Source of the DNA: a virus
Direction: 5' to 3' (one strand)
IMG/VR virus record: IMGVR_UViG_3300011441_000010
Length of the DNA: 58,222 bases
Positions 58,163 to 58,222 of this stretch are shown here, piece after piece. Below the pieces are notes generated by a model, which ran no database searches, was not told the DNA's origin, and saw nothing but the letters and a program-made list of their open reading frames with translations. The position numbers were made by a program, and so were the translations under genes. Positions within the stretch are counted from its first letter, which is position 1. Each line of letters starts with the position of its first letter.

Positions 58163-58222
58163 ACGTGAACGCCAGCGAACTGGAAACCGCCATCCGCTCC
58201 GCCCCGCCGTGGCTCCTCATCA
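58100..58222. repeat. Terminal direct repeat, copy 2 (identical to 1-123)
   Basis: Same comparison as copy 1. Confidence 0.95.

Noticed and set aside
1-58222. Searched for CRISPR arrays, rRNA, transposase/IS elements and lysogeny modules
   Set aside because: No regularly spaced direct repeats with unique spacers were found, and no rRNA-like sequence. No transposase or integrase motifs were seen. The only mobile-element-like genes are the two HNH endonucleases.

Overview
The window is one complete, high-G+C, actinobacteriophage-like siphovirus genome. The unit length is 58,099 bp, and bases 1-123 are repeated exactly at 58100-58222, so the ends overlap. All credible genes are on the + strand and are tightly packed, with many ATGA/GTGA stop-start overlaps. 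The long minus-strand ORFs look like GC-rich shadow frames.

Gene order:
- 60-10.8 kb: nucleotide metabolism and replication (MazG-like, ThyX-like, RuvC-like, primase-polymerase/helicase, dCTP deaminase).
- 10.9-20 kb: packaging and head (small-terminase candidate, TerL, portal, MuF-like fusion, scaffold, capsid).
- 20-33.7 kb: connector and tail (major tail, G/T chaperones, tape measure, minor tail and fibre proteins).
- 33.7-35.6 kb: lysis.
- 35.6-43.2 kb: a block of mostly single-gene early cassettes.
- 43.3-43.6 kb: two tRNA-like genes.
- 43.7-58.2 kb: a second replication/recombination arm (SNF2 helicase, Cas4-like exonuclease, two HNH endonucleases, Sak4-like ATPase, DUF669-like, FAD-Rossmann protein, DUF1599-like, UDG4-like, DnaE).

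No integrase, repressor, CRISPR array or rRNA was seen.

Most interesting signals:
1. The conserved N-terminal PHP motif of dnaE is split from the main ORF by ACT-TA-ACT across a TAA stop. This is the layout expected for a +5 ribosomal hop.
2. Seven early genes carry a 5' leader hairpin with co-varying stems and a conserved (T)GAAGTT loop, each behind a conserved promoter-like motif.
3. A 16-bp palindrome, TCCTAG-N4-CTAGGA, occurs at three unit boundaries.
4. Both tRNA-like genes have non-canonical anticodon loops.
5. HNH endonuclease 1 is flanked by a recoded copy of the neighbouring gene's end, and HNH endonuclease 2 abuts the compositionally atypical 5' end of dnaE.
6. An iteron-like repeat cluster follows the primase gene.
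7. A MuF-like protein is fused to an HEXXH metallopeptidase-like domain.

All functional calls come from motifs read by eye and from synteny. No database search was possible.
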